Under the pieces are notes generated by a model. That model searched no databases, was not told the DNA's origin, and saw only the letters and a list, made by a program, of their open reading frames with translations. From a virus, in the IMG/VR virus record IMGVR_UViG_3300035501_000484, positions 64,001 through 128,000 of that record: DNA of 64,000 nucleotides, one strand, 5' to 3'. Made by a program: the position numbers and the translations under genes. Below, piece by piece: positions 35,950-48,000 of the stretch. Position 1 is the first letter of the stretch. Each line of letters opens with the position of its first letter.

Positions 35950-36510
35950 ATGACAAAAGTAAGTTATGCTAATTTAAAATTAAAAGTAAACAGTGATATT
36001 AATACTTTTGATTTTGATGGACAAAAGATTGAAGTTTTAAAATATTTACCTATTGATGATAAATATTCTTTAATTAATATTACACTTCAAAAAGCTCAAG
36101 AAGATGGAATTTATAATCCAATGAAAATTGATATGTATTTTAACCTTCATTTAATATATATGTATAGTAATTTATCTTTTACAGATAAACAAAAAGAGAA
36201 TGAAAATAAAATATATGATACTTTAAAAACTAATGGATTTATAGATGCTTTTCTTCAAGCCATGGAAGAAGATGAATATAATGAGTTGTTTAATTATATG
36301 GAAGCAGTAATCGCGGAAAGAACTAGATATAATACTACTACTGCGGCAATTATTTCTAATGTTATTAACAATCTTCCTACTAATGCGCAAGCTGCTGCGG
36401 ATATAGTTAATTCATTCGACCCAGAGAAATATCAAGCAGTTATAGATTTTGCAACTGCGGCAAATGGTAATAGACCTTTAGATAATTCTAATGTAGTTCC
36501 AATTAAATAG
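35950..36510 (+). CDS. tail assembly chaperone (putative, by position)
   Basis: 186 aa directly upstream of the tape-measure gene. Own TTGACA-17-TATAAT promoter at 35889-35917. Hairpin 36531-36567 lies between it and the TMP gene. Confidence 0.3.
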   Translation: MTKVSYANLKLKVNSDINTFDFDGQKIEVLKYLPIDDKYSLINITLQKAQEDGIYNPMKIDMYFNLHLIYMYSNLSFTDKQKENENKIYDTLKTNGFIDAFLQAMEEDEYNELFNYMEAVIAERTRYNTTTAAIISNVINNLPTNAQAAADIVNSFDPEKYQAVIDFATAANGNRPLDNSNVVPIK

Positions 36511-36590
36511 GTCAAAATAGATTAAAAGATATGCCTTTACTATTAATAATAGTAAAGGCATTTTATTATGTTTAGGAGGAAAAAGGAGAA

Positions 36591-39500
36591 ATGGCTAATA
36601 AAATTAATTTTCAAATTGGTTTTAATGTTGATAGAAGCGGATTAAATGAAATAAAATCTGCGTTACAACAAATTCAGCAACAAGCTAATCAAGCCATGCA
36701 ATCTGGGACTTTAACAAATGAATTAAAGGAGGCTTCTACTGCCGCAAGACAGTTAGAAAGTATTTTAAATAGTTCTTGGAATAGCAAATTAAATCAATTA
36801 GATTTAAGTAAAGTTAATACTAGCATTAAAAATACTTATGGTAGTGTTAGCCAATTAAAGACTGTAATGGAATCATCTGGTGCTGCGGGTGCCACTGCAT
36901 ATAATCAGTTTGCATCTGCGGTATTGAATACTAATTTACAATTAAAACAGAGTAATAAATGGTTAGATGAAATGGCTATTACTTTAAGTAATACTGTAAG
37001 ATATAATCTTGCATCTGCTATTATGAATAAAGTATCTAGTTCAATTCAACAGGCTTATTATTATACATTAGACTTAGATGAATCTTTAAATAATATAAGA
37101 ATAGTTACAAATAAATCTGCGGATGATATGGCGGAGTTCGCTGTTCAGGCGAATAAGGCAGCTAAAGCATTGGGACAGTCAACTACTGCGTACACTAATG
37201 CGAGTTTAATTTACTATCAGCAAGGTTTAAGTGATGAAGAAGTTGCGGCTAGGTCAGATATAACCCTGAAAACCGCAAACGTAACAGGGCAGTCTACATC
37301 AGAAGTATCTGAAGAGCTGACTGCAGTTTGGAATGGTTATAAAGTTAGCGCAGAAGAAGCGGAATTATATGTAGATAGAATGGCGGCCGTAGCAGCATCA
37401 ACCGCATCTGACTTGGAAGAATTATCTACAGGTATGTCTAAGGTTGCATCAGCTGCCGCAGCTCTTGGTGTAGGTGAAGACCAGTTAGCTGCTCAGTTAG
37501 CTACTATTGTATCTGTAACTCGTCAGGCTCCCGAATCTGTTGGTACTGCACTAAAGACTATTTATGCTCGTATGTCAGACATTGAAGCTGGGGTAGATGA
37601 GGAAGGTGCTACATTAGGCACATATTCTGGCGCTATGGCAGAAATGGGTATTAACGTACTTGATGCTAATGGTAAATTAAGAGATATGGGTGAAGTTATT
37701 GAAGAAATTGGCGGAAAATGGAGTGACTTCACTAGAGAGCAACAAATATCTTTAGCTCAAACTATGGCTGGTACTCGTCAGTATAATAATTTAATTGCAT
37801 TATTTGATAATTGGAGTGATTATACTGAAACTTTAGAAGTTGCTCAAAATGCAGCTGGAACTTTACAAGAACAGCAAGATATTTATATGGAAAGCACTGC
37901 TGCTCATTTACAACAGTTAAGCACAGAAGCAGAAAAGACATATAATATTTTATTTAATGCAGATGCAATTAATGATACCGCGGATGCTATGACAGGGTTA
38001 TTAAGTCTTTTTAATAATTATTTAACTGGTTTAAATGGTGGAATTAATTCTCTTGTTCATATGGGTAGTGTAGTTGCTAATGTTTTTAGCAATCAAATTG
38101 GTAAAGCCATTAGTCAAAGTGTTATTAATGTTGAGGCTTATAGGTCTAATTTAGACGCTATTGTATTAAAGCAAAATATTATAAGCGCTCATGCTGCACA
38201 AGGTGAAATTGTTACTTCAGATAGTGCGCAGGTTAATAAAGAAATTGAAATTGCCCAACAAATTTTACCAATTAGACAAGCCTTAACTCAAGAACAATAT
38301 AATGAGTTAATGACAGAGCAGAAAAAAATTGGAGAATTAGAGCAAGAAATTGTAGAAATAGAATCATATCGTCAAATATCTGAATCAATATTAAATGATG
38401 CTAATGCTACAACAGCAGAGTATCAAGAAAGATTAGGATATGAACAGCAATTTTTATCAAGTTATAGACAGCAAGAGCAAGCTTTAATAAGAGCAACAAG
38501 ATTATATTCAGAATTAACAGATGCAGATAAAACAGCTAGAGGTGGAGATTTAGAACGAATAGAGTTATATTCAGTCTTAAATGATTTAGATTTATCTATG
38601 TTACAAACTGAAGAGTCAAGAGAGGCTGTCTCTGAGATTATGAACGCTTTAGATGATGAAGAAATAGTTGATGCCTCTAAATTAAAACAAATCTTACAAG
38701 AACAGCATAACACTATATCTGAACAAATTAATACGGTTAATCAATTAACTGAAGCATTACAACATAAACAACAAGCTGAAGATGGGACTTTAAATAAATT
38801 AAGAGAAGAGCAGCAGGCTAGAGAAGGCATTGTTTCAACTGTTGTTGAGCAAACTCAAAGGCAGCAAATGCTAACACAAGCTATTTCTGGTACTATGACA
38901 ATTATTTCTGGTTTGACGACAATATTAGGGGCAATTAAAACTGCTAATAATGAAAATTTAACAATTGCAGAAAAAACAGAATCTATTATCACTTCATTAT
39001 TAGTTTCATTACCAATGATAATTAGTAATTTTAAAAATATAAGTCAAATAGTTCCAGGACTAGCTACTGGTATTTCATCTTTGGCTTTAAAAATCGCAGG
39101 ACTCGCGGGGGTAGAATTAAAAACTACTACAGTTACAACTTCATTAAGTGTGGCTTTAGGAATGTTTAAAGAACTTCTTCTTGGACCCGTAGGGATAGCT
39201 CTTGGAGCTACATTATTGGCAGTTAGTGGAGTTGTCGCTGTAATTTGGGCATCTGTAAAAGCTTATAATGCAGATGCGGATGCCGCGGAAGCCGCAGCAG
39301 AACAAGTTGAAAATTTAACAGATAGATATAATGAATTAAATGAAGCTGCATCTAATTTAAAAGACACTATATCTGACTATGATGATGCTATTGATGCATT
39401 AGCGGATTTAGACAAAAGAACAGATGAATATGCAGAATCCTTAGAGGAAGCTAATGAAAAAGCTAAAGAATTAATTGAGACATATGGTTTATTTGATGAT

Positions 39501-42500
39501 TGGTCTATGAAAAATGGATTAATTACAATAAATCAAGACGCTTTAGATAGTGTTTTAGCAGAAGCAGAAGATAAAGTTAATAATGCAGTAATACAAAAAT
39601 ATCTTGCTCAAATTAAATCAAATCAAGCTGAATTAACAAGTAGTTTTACAAATACGCGTCGTAGCATAGGCTCAGTAGTTCTTGATAATTCAGACCCATA
39701 TTATGATGGAACTGATGTGCGTACTTTTACAAATGATGAAATAGAAGAAGTAAGTAATGCTTTTAGAGAATTGAAAAGTCAACTTGGAGATAGCTATGAT
39801 GTTGTTTTAAAAGATAATGATGCTTTAGAACAAAATTTATTAAATTTAGGTAGTTTATCTGATATTGAGATAGAAAATATTGATGCTATTATTAAAAATA
39901 AAGATGCTTTTGATGAACTTGTTGATTCTATAAATAAAACTATAGAAGCTAATAATTATTATGCAGAACAATTATTAAGTCAGACTATTTCAAGCAAATA
40001 TGGCAGTGAAATAACTGCAATGGCTACAGACGAAGAGGGGAATGTAGATACAGCTTTTGCGAATCAGTTGGTTGATATTATTACTAAAAAATCTATTCAA
40101 GATAAGGCTGATAGCGGAGATTTACTAGAAGATAAAATTAGTGGAATTGAAGATGATATTAAAAATGTTACCTCTAAGAATGATAAACTTCAAGCTTATT
40201 TACGTCAAACAGGATATATAGGTGAGAATGAAACTATAGATAATGAGTCTTTAATTAAATTATATGCTGAAAAAATTCAAAATTTAGATATTGATAATAC
40301 TTATAAGGCTAAAAGTAATTGGAGAGGAACGACAGGAACTTTAACAAGCGGCACTGGAGAAAAAGTTATTGATAAAGTTTCTCTTCAAACTATGCGAGAG
40401 GCTCTCGCATATGATGCTGATTTTCAAAGTATTCAACAGGAATACGCTGATTCAATAGTTAATACAGAAGATAATTTTGTTAAGTCTTTACAAACTTTAG
40501 TTAGTAGCGCTGATGAAATGGGTAGGAAATATAATGCTGATTTTACATCTGCTATAATAAATTCTACGAGTGATTTTGAAGCAAGTGGAGAAGAAGGCAT
40601 ACCAACTATAGATTTTTCTGATATTTTTAGTGATATAAGTGCTAATGAATTAGAAGAGTTATTTAATATGAGTGCGGATGACCTTTATGAAGCTTTTGGT
40701 GGAAAAGAGGCTCTTAGTGAAATTGGTTTTGCTTCTGCGGAGGATTTTCAAGAGGCTTTTCAATCTGGTTTTGTTGGTTGGGAATGGAATATTGAAGATG
40801 CTGTTAGCAGCGCTATGTCTTCTATAGATGACGAAATTGATGCTTTAGGTCTTAGTAAAGCTAAAACTTCTGAATATAAAGATGAAATTCAAGAATATGC
40901 TGAATATATTATGCAGACTGCGGAGTATAATGAAGATTTTGCGGATAGTCTCTCTAAGGATGCAGATGCCGCGGTTACAGTTGCTAACGCAGTTGTTCAT
41001 ATGAATAAAGCTATTGACACTCTTGCAGATAATATAGATGATTGGTCAAGTGTATTAAAGAAGAGTAGTAAATCTAGTCAAGAATTTGGAGAGGCTTTAA
41101 GTGGAGTTGCAGATGCATTAGGGGATATTTTTGGGATTGATTCTACTTATATTGATAGTGATTTTATAACAAGCAATTTAGCTGAAATCGAAAAAGCAGC
41201 TACTGGTGATGAAGTTGCAATTGAAAGTTTAAGAGAATCTTTAACTAATGATATAGTTGTTAATATTGTTGCTCATAATGAATTAGACGAGAACATGACT
41301 CAAAGTTTAATGAATGATATTAATAATTTATTAGATAATATTCCTGATTCAATTGAAATAGGAACTTCTCTTGATATAGATAATTTATCAGCAGATGAAG
41401 CTAAATTTATGCAAGCTATGCAAGAAATTATTAATTCTGCTCAATTAACTGTTGACCAAGCTAATGCACTATTTGGTACAATGGGATTTGATGTTGAATT
41501 TGAAACTGCGCAAATTCCAGTCGAAAGAACTGGACACCAGACAGTTACAACAACTGAAGTAGAAGAATGGGGTGAAGTTCCAGGAATATTTAATACTCAA
41601 AAATATCCTAAAGTAATGAGTACTAAGACTACTCAAGGAGACCCTTATACTTATACTGAATATGTTGAAGCTGTTGCGATGTCTACTGATAAATCAGGTT
41701 CTACTCCTAAAATAAAAGGTATAACTCGCAAAGCAAATAGTTCATATAGTAATTATTCATCTAAGAATTCTGGTGGAAAATCTCCTGGAACTAGTAAATC
41801 TTCATCTGGTAGCTCATCTAATCCAGATAGAATGGATAAGATGGAAGAAAAAGATGAAATTGATATTTTCCATGATATTAATTTACAAATAAAAGCATTA
41901 ACAGAATCTTTAAATAGACTTCAAAAGCAAGAAGAGAAATTAACTGGTAAAGATTTAATTAATAATTTAAATAAACAGTTAGAAGTATTAGAGAAACAAA
42001 AAGCTGCTTATAAAACTAAAATTGAGCTTGCTAAGCAAGAAATGGCAGAACTGCAACAGATATTAGCTCTTCAAGGTATTACATTTGATGATGAAGGTTA
42101 TATTAGCAATTATACAGAAGTAATGCAAGCTAAACTTAATTACTTAAATGATTTAATTGCTCAATATAATGCTATGTCAAAAGATGAACAGTCTAATTTT
42201 AAAGATACTATCGAGCAAGCTAAGACAGAGTATGAAGAATTTAAAAAGAGACTTGATGAATATGATGAATTAATATCTCAAACCATTCCTGAGTTGGAAG
42301 ATTCAATTCAAGATGCTATCAATCAAGAGATTGAAATTAACATTGAAAAATTTACAATGGAAATTGAAATCAGACTTGATATGTCAGAAGCGGAAAGAGA
42401 TTTCAATGAATTTCAGCGGAAAGTGCTCAATCAAGCGGATAGAACTAATCCATTTAAGGATGCGGATGAGCTGATTAAGGACGCTCAGCAAGGTCTAAAG

Positions 42501-44981
42501 GATTATGAGTCTTATTTTAATACTGCGGGAACAGGAACTGGCTCAATTCAGAAATTAACTGAACAAGTTAATAGCACTATGGACCAGATTAGACAGATAG
42601 AATCTGAAGGTTGGGCTTCAGCTTATGGAGATGATAAAGTTTCCGCGATGGAAGATTTACAGAAATATTATGAAGAATTAATGACTGAATTAGAAGATAT
42701 TGTTGATTTAGTTGATGAAATTAAAGATACATATCTTGATATGATTGATGAAGCTACTGACGCTTTTGAAAAGCAAGTAGACCAATATGAATATATTTTA
42801 GATTTAATTGACCATGATATGAATGTAATTGGACTTCTCTATGGCGATACCGCATATGCGCAAATGGCTAATTATTATTCTCAAATGGAACAAAATAATA
42901 ATAAAGAATTAGACTTCTTAAAGAAACGTGTAGCTTATGCTAAAGAAATGATGGATATAGAAACTGATGCAGAAGCTAAAGAAAAATGGGAAGAAGAATG
43001 GGAAACTGCATTATCTGAATTGAATGATGCTGTTGAAGATGCCGTTCAGAATCTCATTGATAAGTATACTAATTCTATTAATCAGATATTTGATGAATTA
43101 AATAAGAAAGTTACAAGCGGATTAGGTTTAGATTATGTTGATGATGAGTGGGATTTAATTAATAAAAATGCTGACCAATATTTAGATACTATTAATAGTT
43201 TATATGCAATTCAAGAGTTAGAAAGTAAATATGTAGATGCCATTAATGATTATAGTGGAAATATAACTGCTCAACAGAAATTAAATAGTTTAATGGATGA
43301 GCAGATAAGTATGTTACAAACTAAAGATAAATTAACTCAATATGATGTTGACCGCGCTAATGCTTTATATGAGATAGCTCTAAAAGAAATTGCTCTACAA
43401 GAAGCTCAACAAAATAAGTCAAGTATGAGATTAAGACGTGATTCTCAAGGAAATTATAGTTATCAATTTGTTGCAGACGAAGATAGTATTGCTCAAGCAC
43501 AGCAAGATTTACTTGCCGTGCAAAATAGTTTATATAATTTAGATAAAGACCAATATAAAGAAAATCTTGATGAGATTTATGAATATTATGTTGAGTTTCA
43601 AGAGAAATATGTTGAGATTATGACAGATATGTCACTCACAGATGAAGAGAGGTTAGAGAGGACTAAATTACTACAAGAGCAATATGGAGATTTAATTAAT
43701 GGACTTGTAGAACAGAATGAAGAGATTAGACAGAACTTGCAGGAATCTACTTTTATTTCTCTTGAAGGATTATATGCGGCAGATGCTGAGTCATTTGAAG
43801 ATATGACTGGAATGAATATTGAAGCATTTAGAAACATGACGGATGAAGAATTAGATGTATTTATGAATACTTTAGTTCCTCAATGGGATTCTGGTGTTCA
43901 ACATATGGCTGATGTATTCGCGGGTGACGGTGGTTTAATACCCACATGTCAAGATGCATTTGAACAGTTAAATGAAACTACAATGGATTATCAGAATAGT
44001 TTAGATGAACTGGAAGAAGCGGCAGGTATCGATTTTGACTCTATGGCAGCAGGTTATGACATGAATATAGAGGCTGCTCAAGAACTTCTTTATGCTAATG
44101 ATGATTTAATTCTTAAGTACATGGAAGAAATTGATGCAATTCAAGCAGTAATATCTAACTTAAATGATTTGATTAATGAATATAAAGCAGCTCAGCAGGC
44201 AGCTATAGCAGCTACTGAAGCAGCTTATGCATTTATTCAAGCTCAAAATGCGGCTAATGCAGCTGCAGCGAGCGCTGTTAATGGCAATAATTATAATTAT
44301 AGTTATTCTGCACCAAGTGTTTCAACTACGACATCTTCAGGTGCGAGTTCTACAGGAAGTGGTAGTAGCAGTACTTCAAATAAAGCTTCTTCTTCTTCAA
44401 CTTCAACAGCTGCAACTGAACAATATAAATTAAAAGTTTATGCAAGTCAAAATGATTCTACAGGATATTATTATACATATAGTGGAAGTAAAGAGAGTTT
44501 AGATAGTTCTGGAGTAAAAATAGTTTATGTTGGAAATGAAGGCGGAGATTGGACACATCCTTATGAAGTATTTAAAAATAATAGAAGTGTAGGATATGCA
44601 GATAGCGATTATTGGACTAAGTATGATACAGGTGGATACACAGGTGAATGGGGTAGTGATGGTAAAGTTGCGATGCTTCATCAAAAAGAACTTGTATTAA
44701 ATGCAGACGATACAAAGAATATTCTAAGTGCAGTAAATATTGTAAGAGATATTGCTAGTGTATTTGATAATTTAAATACAAATATCTTAAGTAGATTATC
44801 AGGACTTATATCTGGACTTGATACTTCTATAAGCGGCATTTCCGCATTTTCGGATACTCTTGAACAAAATGTACATATAGAGGCTAACTTCCCTAATGTA
44901 CAGAGTTCAAATGAAATCCAAGATGCTTTCAATAACTTAGTAAATATTGCTTCACAACGAGCATTTAGCACAACTAGATAA
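36591..44981 (+). CDS. tail tape-measure protein (2796 aa)
   Basis: Giant ORF. Cluster of hydrophobic TM-like segments around residues 770-890 (…GLATGISSLALKIAGLAGV…GPVGIALGATLLAVSGVVAVIWASV). Coiled-coil-rich remainder. TMP-like motifs (TMAGTRQYNNLIALFDNW; C-terminal GGYTGEWGSDGKVAMLHQKELVLNADDTKNIL). Terminator at 44985-45011. Confidence 0.9.
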   Translation: MANKINFQIGFNVDRSGLNEIKSALQQIQQQANQAMQSGTLTNELKEASTAARQLESILNSSWNSKLNQLDLSKVNTSIKNTYGSVSQLKTVMESSGAAGATAYNQFASAVLNTNLQLKQSNKWLDEMAITLSNTVRYNLASAIMNKVSSSIQQAYYYTLDLDESLNNIRIVTNKSADDMAEFAVQANKAAKALGQSTTAYTNASLIYYQQGLSDEEVAARSDITLKTANVTGQSTSEVSEELTAVWNGYKVSAEEAELYVDRMAAVAASTASDLEELSTGMSKVASAAAALGVGEDQLAAQLATIVSVTRQAPESVGTALKTIYARMSDIEAGVDEEGATLGTYSGAMAEMGINVLDANGKLRDMGEVIEEIGGKWSDFTREQQISLAQTMAGTRQYNNLIALFDNWSDYTETLEVAQNAAGTLQEQQDIYMESTAAHLQQLSTEAEKTYNILFNADAINDTADAMTGLLSLFNNYLTGLNGGINSLVHMGSVVANVFSNQIGKAISQSVINVEAYRSNLDAIVLKQNIISAHAAQGEIVTSDSAQVNKEIEIAQQILPIRQALTQEQYNELMTEQKKIGELEQEIVEIESYRQISESILNDANATTAEYQERLGYEQQFLSSYRQQEQALIRATRLYSELTDADKTARGGDLERIELYSVLNDLDLSMLQTEESREAVSEIMNALDDEEIVDASKLKQILQEQHNTISEQINTVNQLTEALQHKQQAEDGTLNKLREEQQAREGIVSTVVEQTQRQQMLTQAISGTMTIISGLTTILGAIKTANNENLTIAEKTESIITSLLVSLPMIISNFKNISQIVPGLATGISSLALKIAGLAGVELKTTTVTTSLSVALGMFKELLLGPVGIALGATLLAVSGVVAVIWASVKAYNADADAAEAAAEQVENLTDRYNELNEAASNLKDTISDYDDAIDALADLDKRTDEYAESLEEANEKAKELIETYGLFDDWSMKNGLITINQDALDSVLAEAEDKVNNAVIQKYLAQIKSNQAELTSSFTNTRRSIGSVVLDNSDPYYDGTDVRTFTNDEIEEVSNAFRELKSQLGDSYDVVLKDNDALEQNLLNLGSLSDIEIENIDAIIKNKDAFDELVDSINKTIEANNYYAEQLLSQTISSKYGSEITAMATDEEGNVDTAFANQLVDIITKKSIQDKADSGDLLEDKISGIEDDIKNVTSKNDKLQAYLRQTGYIGENETIDNESLIKLYAEKIQNLDIDNTYKAKSNWRGTTGTLTSGTGEKVIDKVSLQTMREALAYDADFQSIQQEYADSIVNTEDNFVKSLQTLVSSADEMGRKYNADFTSAIINSTSDFEASGEEGIPTIDFSDIFSDISANELEELFNMSADDLYEAFGGKEALSEIGFASAEDFQEAFQSGFVGWEWNIEDAVSSAMSSIDDEIDALGLSKAKTSEYKDEIQEYAEYIMQTAEYNEDFADSLSKDADAAVTVANAVVHMNKAIDTLADNIDDWSSVLKKSSKSSQEFGEALSGVADALGDIFGIDSTYIDSDFITSNLAEIEKAATGDEVAIESLRESLTNDIVVNIVAHNELDENMTQSLMNDINNLLDNIPDSIEIGTSLDIDNLSADEAKFMQAMQEIINSAQLTVDQANALFGTMGFDVEFETAQIPVERTGHQTVTTTEVEEWGEVPGIFNTQKYPKVMSTKTTQGDPYTYTEYVEAVAMSTDKSGSTPKIKGITRKANSSYSNYSSKNSGGKSPGTSKSSSGSSSNPDRMDKMEEKDEIDIFHDINLQIKALTESLNRLQKQEEKLTGKDLINNLNKQLEVLEKQKAAYKTKIELAKQEMAELQQILALQGITFDDEGYISNYTEVMQAKLNYLNDLIAQYNAMSKDEQSNFKDTIEQAKTEYEEFKKRLDEYDELISQTIPELEDSIQDAINQEIEINIEKFTMEIEIRLDMSEAERDFNEFQRKVLNQADRTNPFKDADELIKDAQQGLKDYESYFNTAGTGTGSIQKLTEQVNSTMDQIRQIESEGWASAYGDDKVSAMEDLQKYYEELMTELEDIVDLVDEIKDTYLDMIDEATDAFEKQVDQYEYILDLIDHDMNVIGLLYGDTAYAQMANYYSQMEQNNNKELDFLKKRVAYAKEMMDIETDAEAKEKWEEEWETALSELNDAVEDAVQNLIDKYTNSINQIFDELNKKVTSGLGLDYVDDEWDLINKNADQYLDTINSLYAIQELESKYVDAINDYSGNITAQQKLNSLMDEQISMLQTKDKLTQYDVDRANALYEIALKEIALQEAQQNKSSMRLRRDSQGNYSYQFVADEDSIAQAQQDLLAVQNSLYNLDKDQYKENLDEIYEYYVEFQEKYVEIMTDMSLTDEERLERTKLLQEQYGDLINGLVEQNEEIRQNLQESTFISLEGLYAADAESFEDMTGMNIEAFRNMTDEELDVFMNTLVPQWDSGVQHMADVFAGDGGLIPTCQDAFEQLNETTMDYQNSLDELEEAAGIDFDSMAAGYDMNIEAAQELLYANDDLILKYMEEIDAIQAVISNLNDLINEYKAAQQAAIAATEAAYAFIQAQNAANAAAASAVNGNNYNYSYSAPSVSTTTSSGASSTGSGSSSTSNKASSSSTSTAATEQYKLKVYASQNDSTGYYYTYSGSKESLDSSGVKIVYVGNEGGDWTHPYEVFKNNRSVGYADSDYWTKYDTGGYTGEWGSDGKVAMLHQKELVLNADDTKNILSAVNIVRDIASVFDNLNTNILSRLSGLISGLDTSISGISAFSDTLEQNVHIEANFPNVQSSNEIQDAFNNLVNIASQRAFSTTR

Positions 44982-44984
44982 ATA

Positions 44985-45011
44985 AAGGGAGAGTTTAATA
45001 CTCTCCCTTTT
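44985..45011 (+). terminator. terminator after tape-measure gene
   Basis: AAGGGAGAGT-ttaat-ACTCTCCCTT followed by TT. Confidence 0.55.
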
Positions 45012-45032
45012 AACCATTTATGGATAATTAAC

Positions 45033-45061
45033 TTGACAAAAAAATAATATTATGATAGAAT
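45033..45061 (+). promoter_or_regulatory. sigma-A-type promoter upstream of the 1354-aa tail protein
   Basis: TTGACA at 45033-45038, 17-nt spacer, TAGAAT at 45056-45061. Lies directly after the TMP terminator. Confidence 0.45.
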
Positions 45062-45085
45062 TAAGAGAGAAAAGGAGATAAAGGT

Positions 45086-48000
45086 ATGAATAGTATAGAA
45101 ACCTCTATCTGTGATGCTATTGAATTAATTGTTGATAGAGCAATTTCACAGGCAAGCTATGATAAAACTATTCAAGCGACTATTGTAGAGTGTACAGATT
45201 CAACTATAGGTAAGTATAAAGTAAAATACCAAGATAGTACATTCTATGCTTATTCAAGCGGAACTGATGTTAGTTATACTGCGGGAGCCTCTGTATATAT
45301 CTTAGTTCCAGGTAATGACATGAGTAAAGATAAAACTATCTTAGGCACAACTAAAAAACTTGGAATTAATTATGTTGCAACAGTAGAAGGTGACGAGGCA
45401 TATGAAATAGTTGGAAGTAACTGTATTTCATCAACAAATAAATTCTCAATGAGTTCTTATAGAAAAGATGCTTATACTAAAGTTTTATATAGCAAGACTT
45501 ATAATAGTAATCAAAATTTAATTACTTTAAATAAAACTGCTATTAATGAATATATAAAAACTTCTAATACTATAATATGCGGAGCTTTATTTAAAACATC
45601 TCTTCCTGTAGAACAACAATATCGAGGTAACTATGGTATTATTTTTGCTTTAGATTTTATAGATAATGCAACGAATGAAACAGTTACAAGATATTATACA
45701 ATAGATGTAGATAAAATGACAGGTAATCCATATAAGTTAATTTCAGAAACTAGACAATATGGAATATTTGAAATAGATAATAAGAATTTTAAAGAAATTA
45801 ATTATATAAGTATATTTACATATAATTTCCCTAATAGTAAAGATGAAAATTTATGTGTAGATGATATATTTGTGAATGATATTGAATTGTATGGCGCAGA
45901 GCCGCTTAGCGAGGATGATATCAACAATTATAGTTTAACAATCGCAACTCCGCAAGGAAAATATTTTGATGATACTTCTTTAGATTCAGAAGTACGGACC
46001 TTACAGGCGCAAGTCCGCGTGAAGGGCAAAGTAATTGATAATGATTCTCAATCTCTTCCTTTTTATTGGTTTATTGAACACGTTGGGGTAACAAGTAATA
46101 GTCAGTATTATAACAAATATGGCGGTCAAGGTTGGAAGTGCTTAAATAATTTTAATGTAATTTCTGCGGCAACTGCAACTGAAGATGCTATTATAGAATG
46201 GATTCCCGCGTCTTATAATTTTACAGTTAAAAAGAGTGATGTAACTGCAAAAGAAGTAAAATATAAATGTGCAGTTGTTTATGACGGTACAGTTATTACT
46301 AAAACTATTATTATTAAAAATTTATCATCTGAATATGATGTTTCTATTGTTTCAGATGTAGGGACTCAATTTTATTTTGATATAGGTTATCCTACGTTAC
46401 AATGCTTAGTAGGCGGGAAGTCGCCTAGTGGATATTCTTACTCTTGGGCTGTTGTTGATAATAGCGGGACTTTTCAAAGTTTAGCAGAAACTCCGCAAGA
46501 AAATGCTGATTATGCTAGCACATTAAATGAATATAATATATTAATGTCTTTAATAGATAGTCAACAACTTATGTATGAGGCTAATAAAGAAAGAATTAAT
46601 AATTTAAAGAATAAACTTGATGAATATGAAAAAATAACAAGAGTTGAAGGTAATACAATTTATCATTTAAATGTAAATACAATTACAAATTTTAGCACTT
46701 ATCAATGTACAGTTTATTTTGCTAATTTATATATAGGTACAGCTTCAATTACTTTAACTAATAAACTTGAGGCGGAAGGTGCTTATAGTTTAATTATAAA
46801 TGATGGTGCTTATGTATATAAATATAATGAGAATGGTGTAAGTCCAGCCAGCGCTTCATTAGATTCTCCTATTGATATAAAAGCATTAACATTTAATTTA
46901 TATGATAATCTAGGTAATAGAATAGATGATGATGTAGTTAAACGTTGTAATATACAATGGATAGTTCCTTCTTCAAATACTATGATTAGTATTCCTAGTA
47001 GTTATACGCCAACTTCTACAGATGCAGAAAATAAAACTGAAACTTATAGTAATATAATGTCTTTAAGTTATAAGATTTCAGATAGATATGATATTACTAA
47101 AACTAGAAATAATATACAATTATTAGTTAATTATCAAGGAATGAGCTTATCTGCGGTAACAGATTTTACTTTTATAAAAGAAGGTGAACCTGGAACTAAT
47201 GGTACTGAATTTACTTGTAAAATTGTTCCTAATATAGCGAGCGGAGCTACTGCACCTTTATATCCTACAATTACTCAATTAACTAATAAAAGTTGGTCGA
47301 TTAACTATACTCCTGTTAATAGTAATAAATTCTTTAGAGCGCAATTGTGGCATAATGAAAATAAGATATTAGATAGTGTAAGTTCTGCTAATTCTACAGA
47401 AGGTAAAAAAGCTACTATTAAATGGAGTATTTTAAAGAATAAATATACAAGTAGTATTTCAGATACAAGCGCATTGAGTGTAGATGAAAGTACAGGGACA
47501 TTTAGCTTTAGCGGCTTTACAGACACAACTCCCGCGCATATAGCTAAAGTTACTATTGAATATGATGATGTAGTTTACTATGCAACGATGCCAATTATTA
47601 CTGTTAAATTAAGTAATAATAATTATAGAGTTAATTTAAAAGAATATACAGGTTTTAGATATGCTACATATACTTCAGATGGTCAAAGTCCTAAATATGA
47701 TAATGTTAATCCTTTTGAAATTTTAGTTACTAAATATATTAATAATTATTATGAAGATATAGGTGTATTAAGTTCTTATGGATTAACTTATACATGGAGT
47801 TATTTAGGTAGAATATATGAAAGTTCATGGGTTAGTAGTATAAATTTAGGGAATAGAAGTGTTTCTGACACTCTTGCTATTAATCAAAAGGCGGTTAAAC
47901 CTTTAGATAGCTTTGACGGACAATGTGTTACTAATGCAGTTGAGTGTATTATTAAAGCATCTGGAACTGAAGTAGCCAGAATACATATACCAATTCATTT

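Noticed and set aside
38462-44971. Several short ORFs inside or antisense to the tape-measure gene (38462..38713, 43598..43837, 44227..44433, 44499..44684, 44681..44971)
   Set aside because: They are embedded within a 2796-aa ORF with coherent TMP features. No independent signals.
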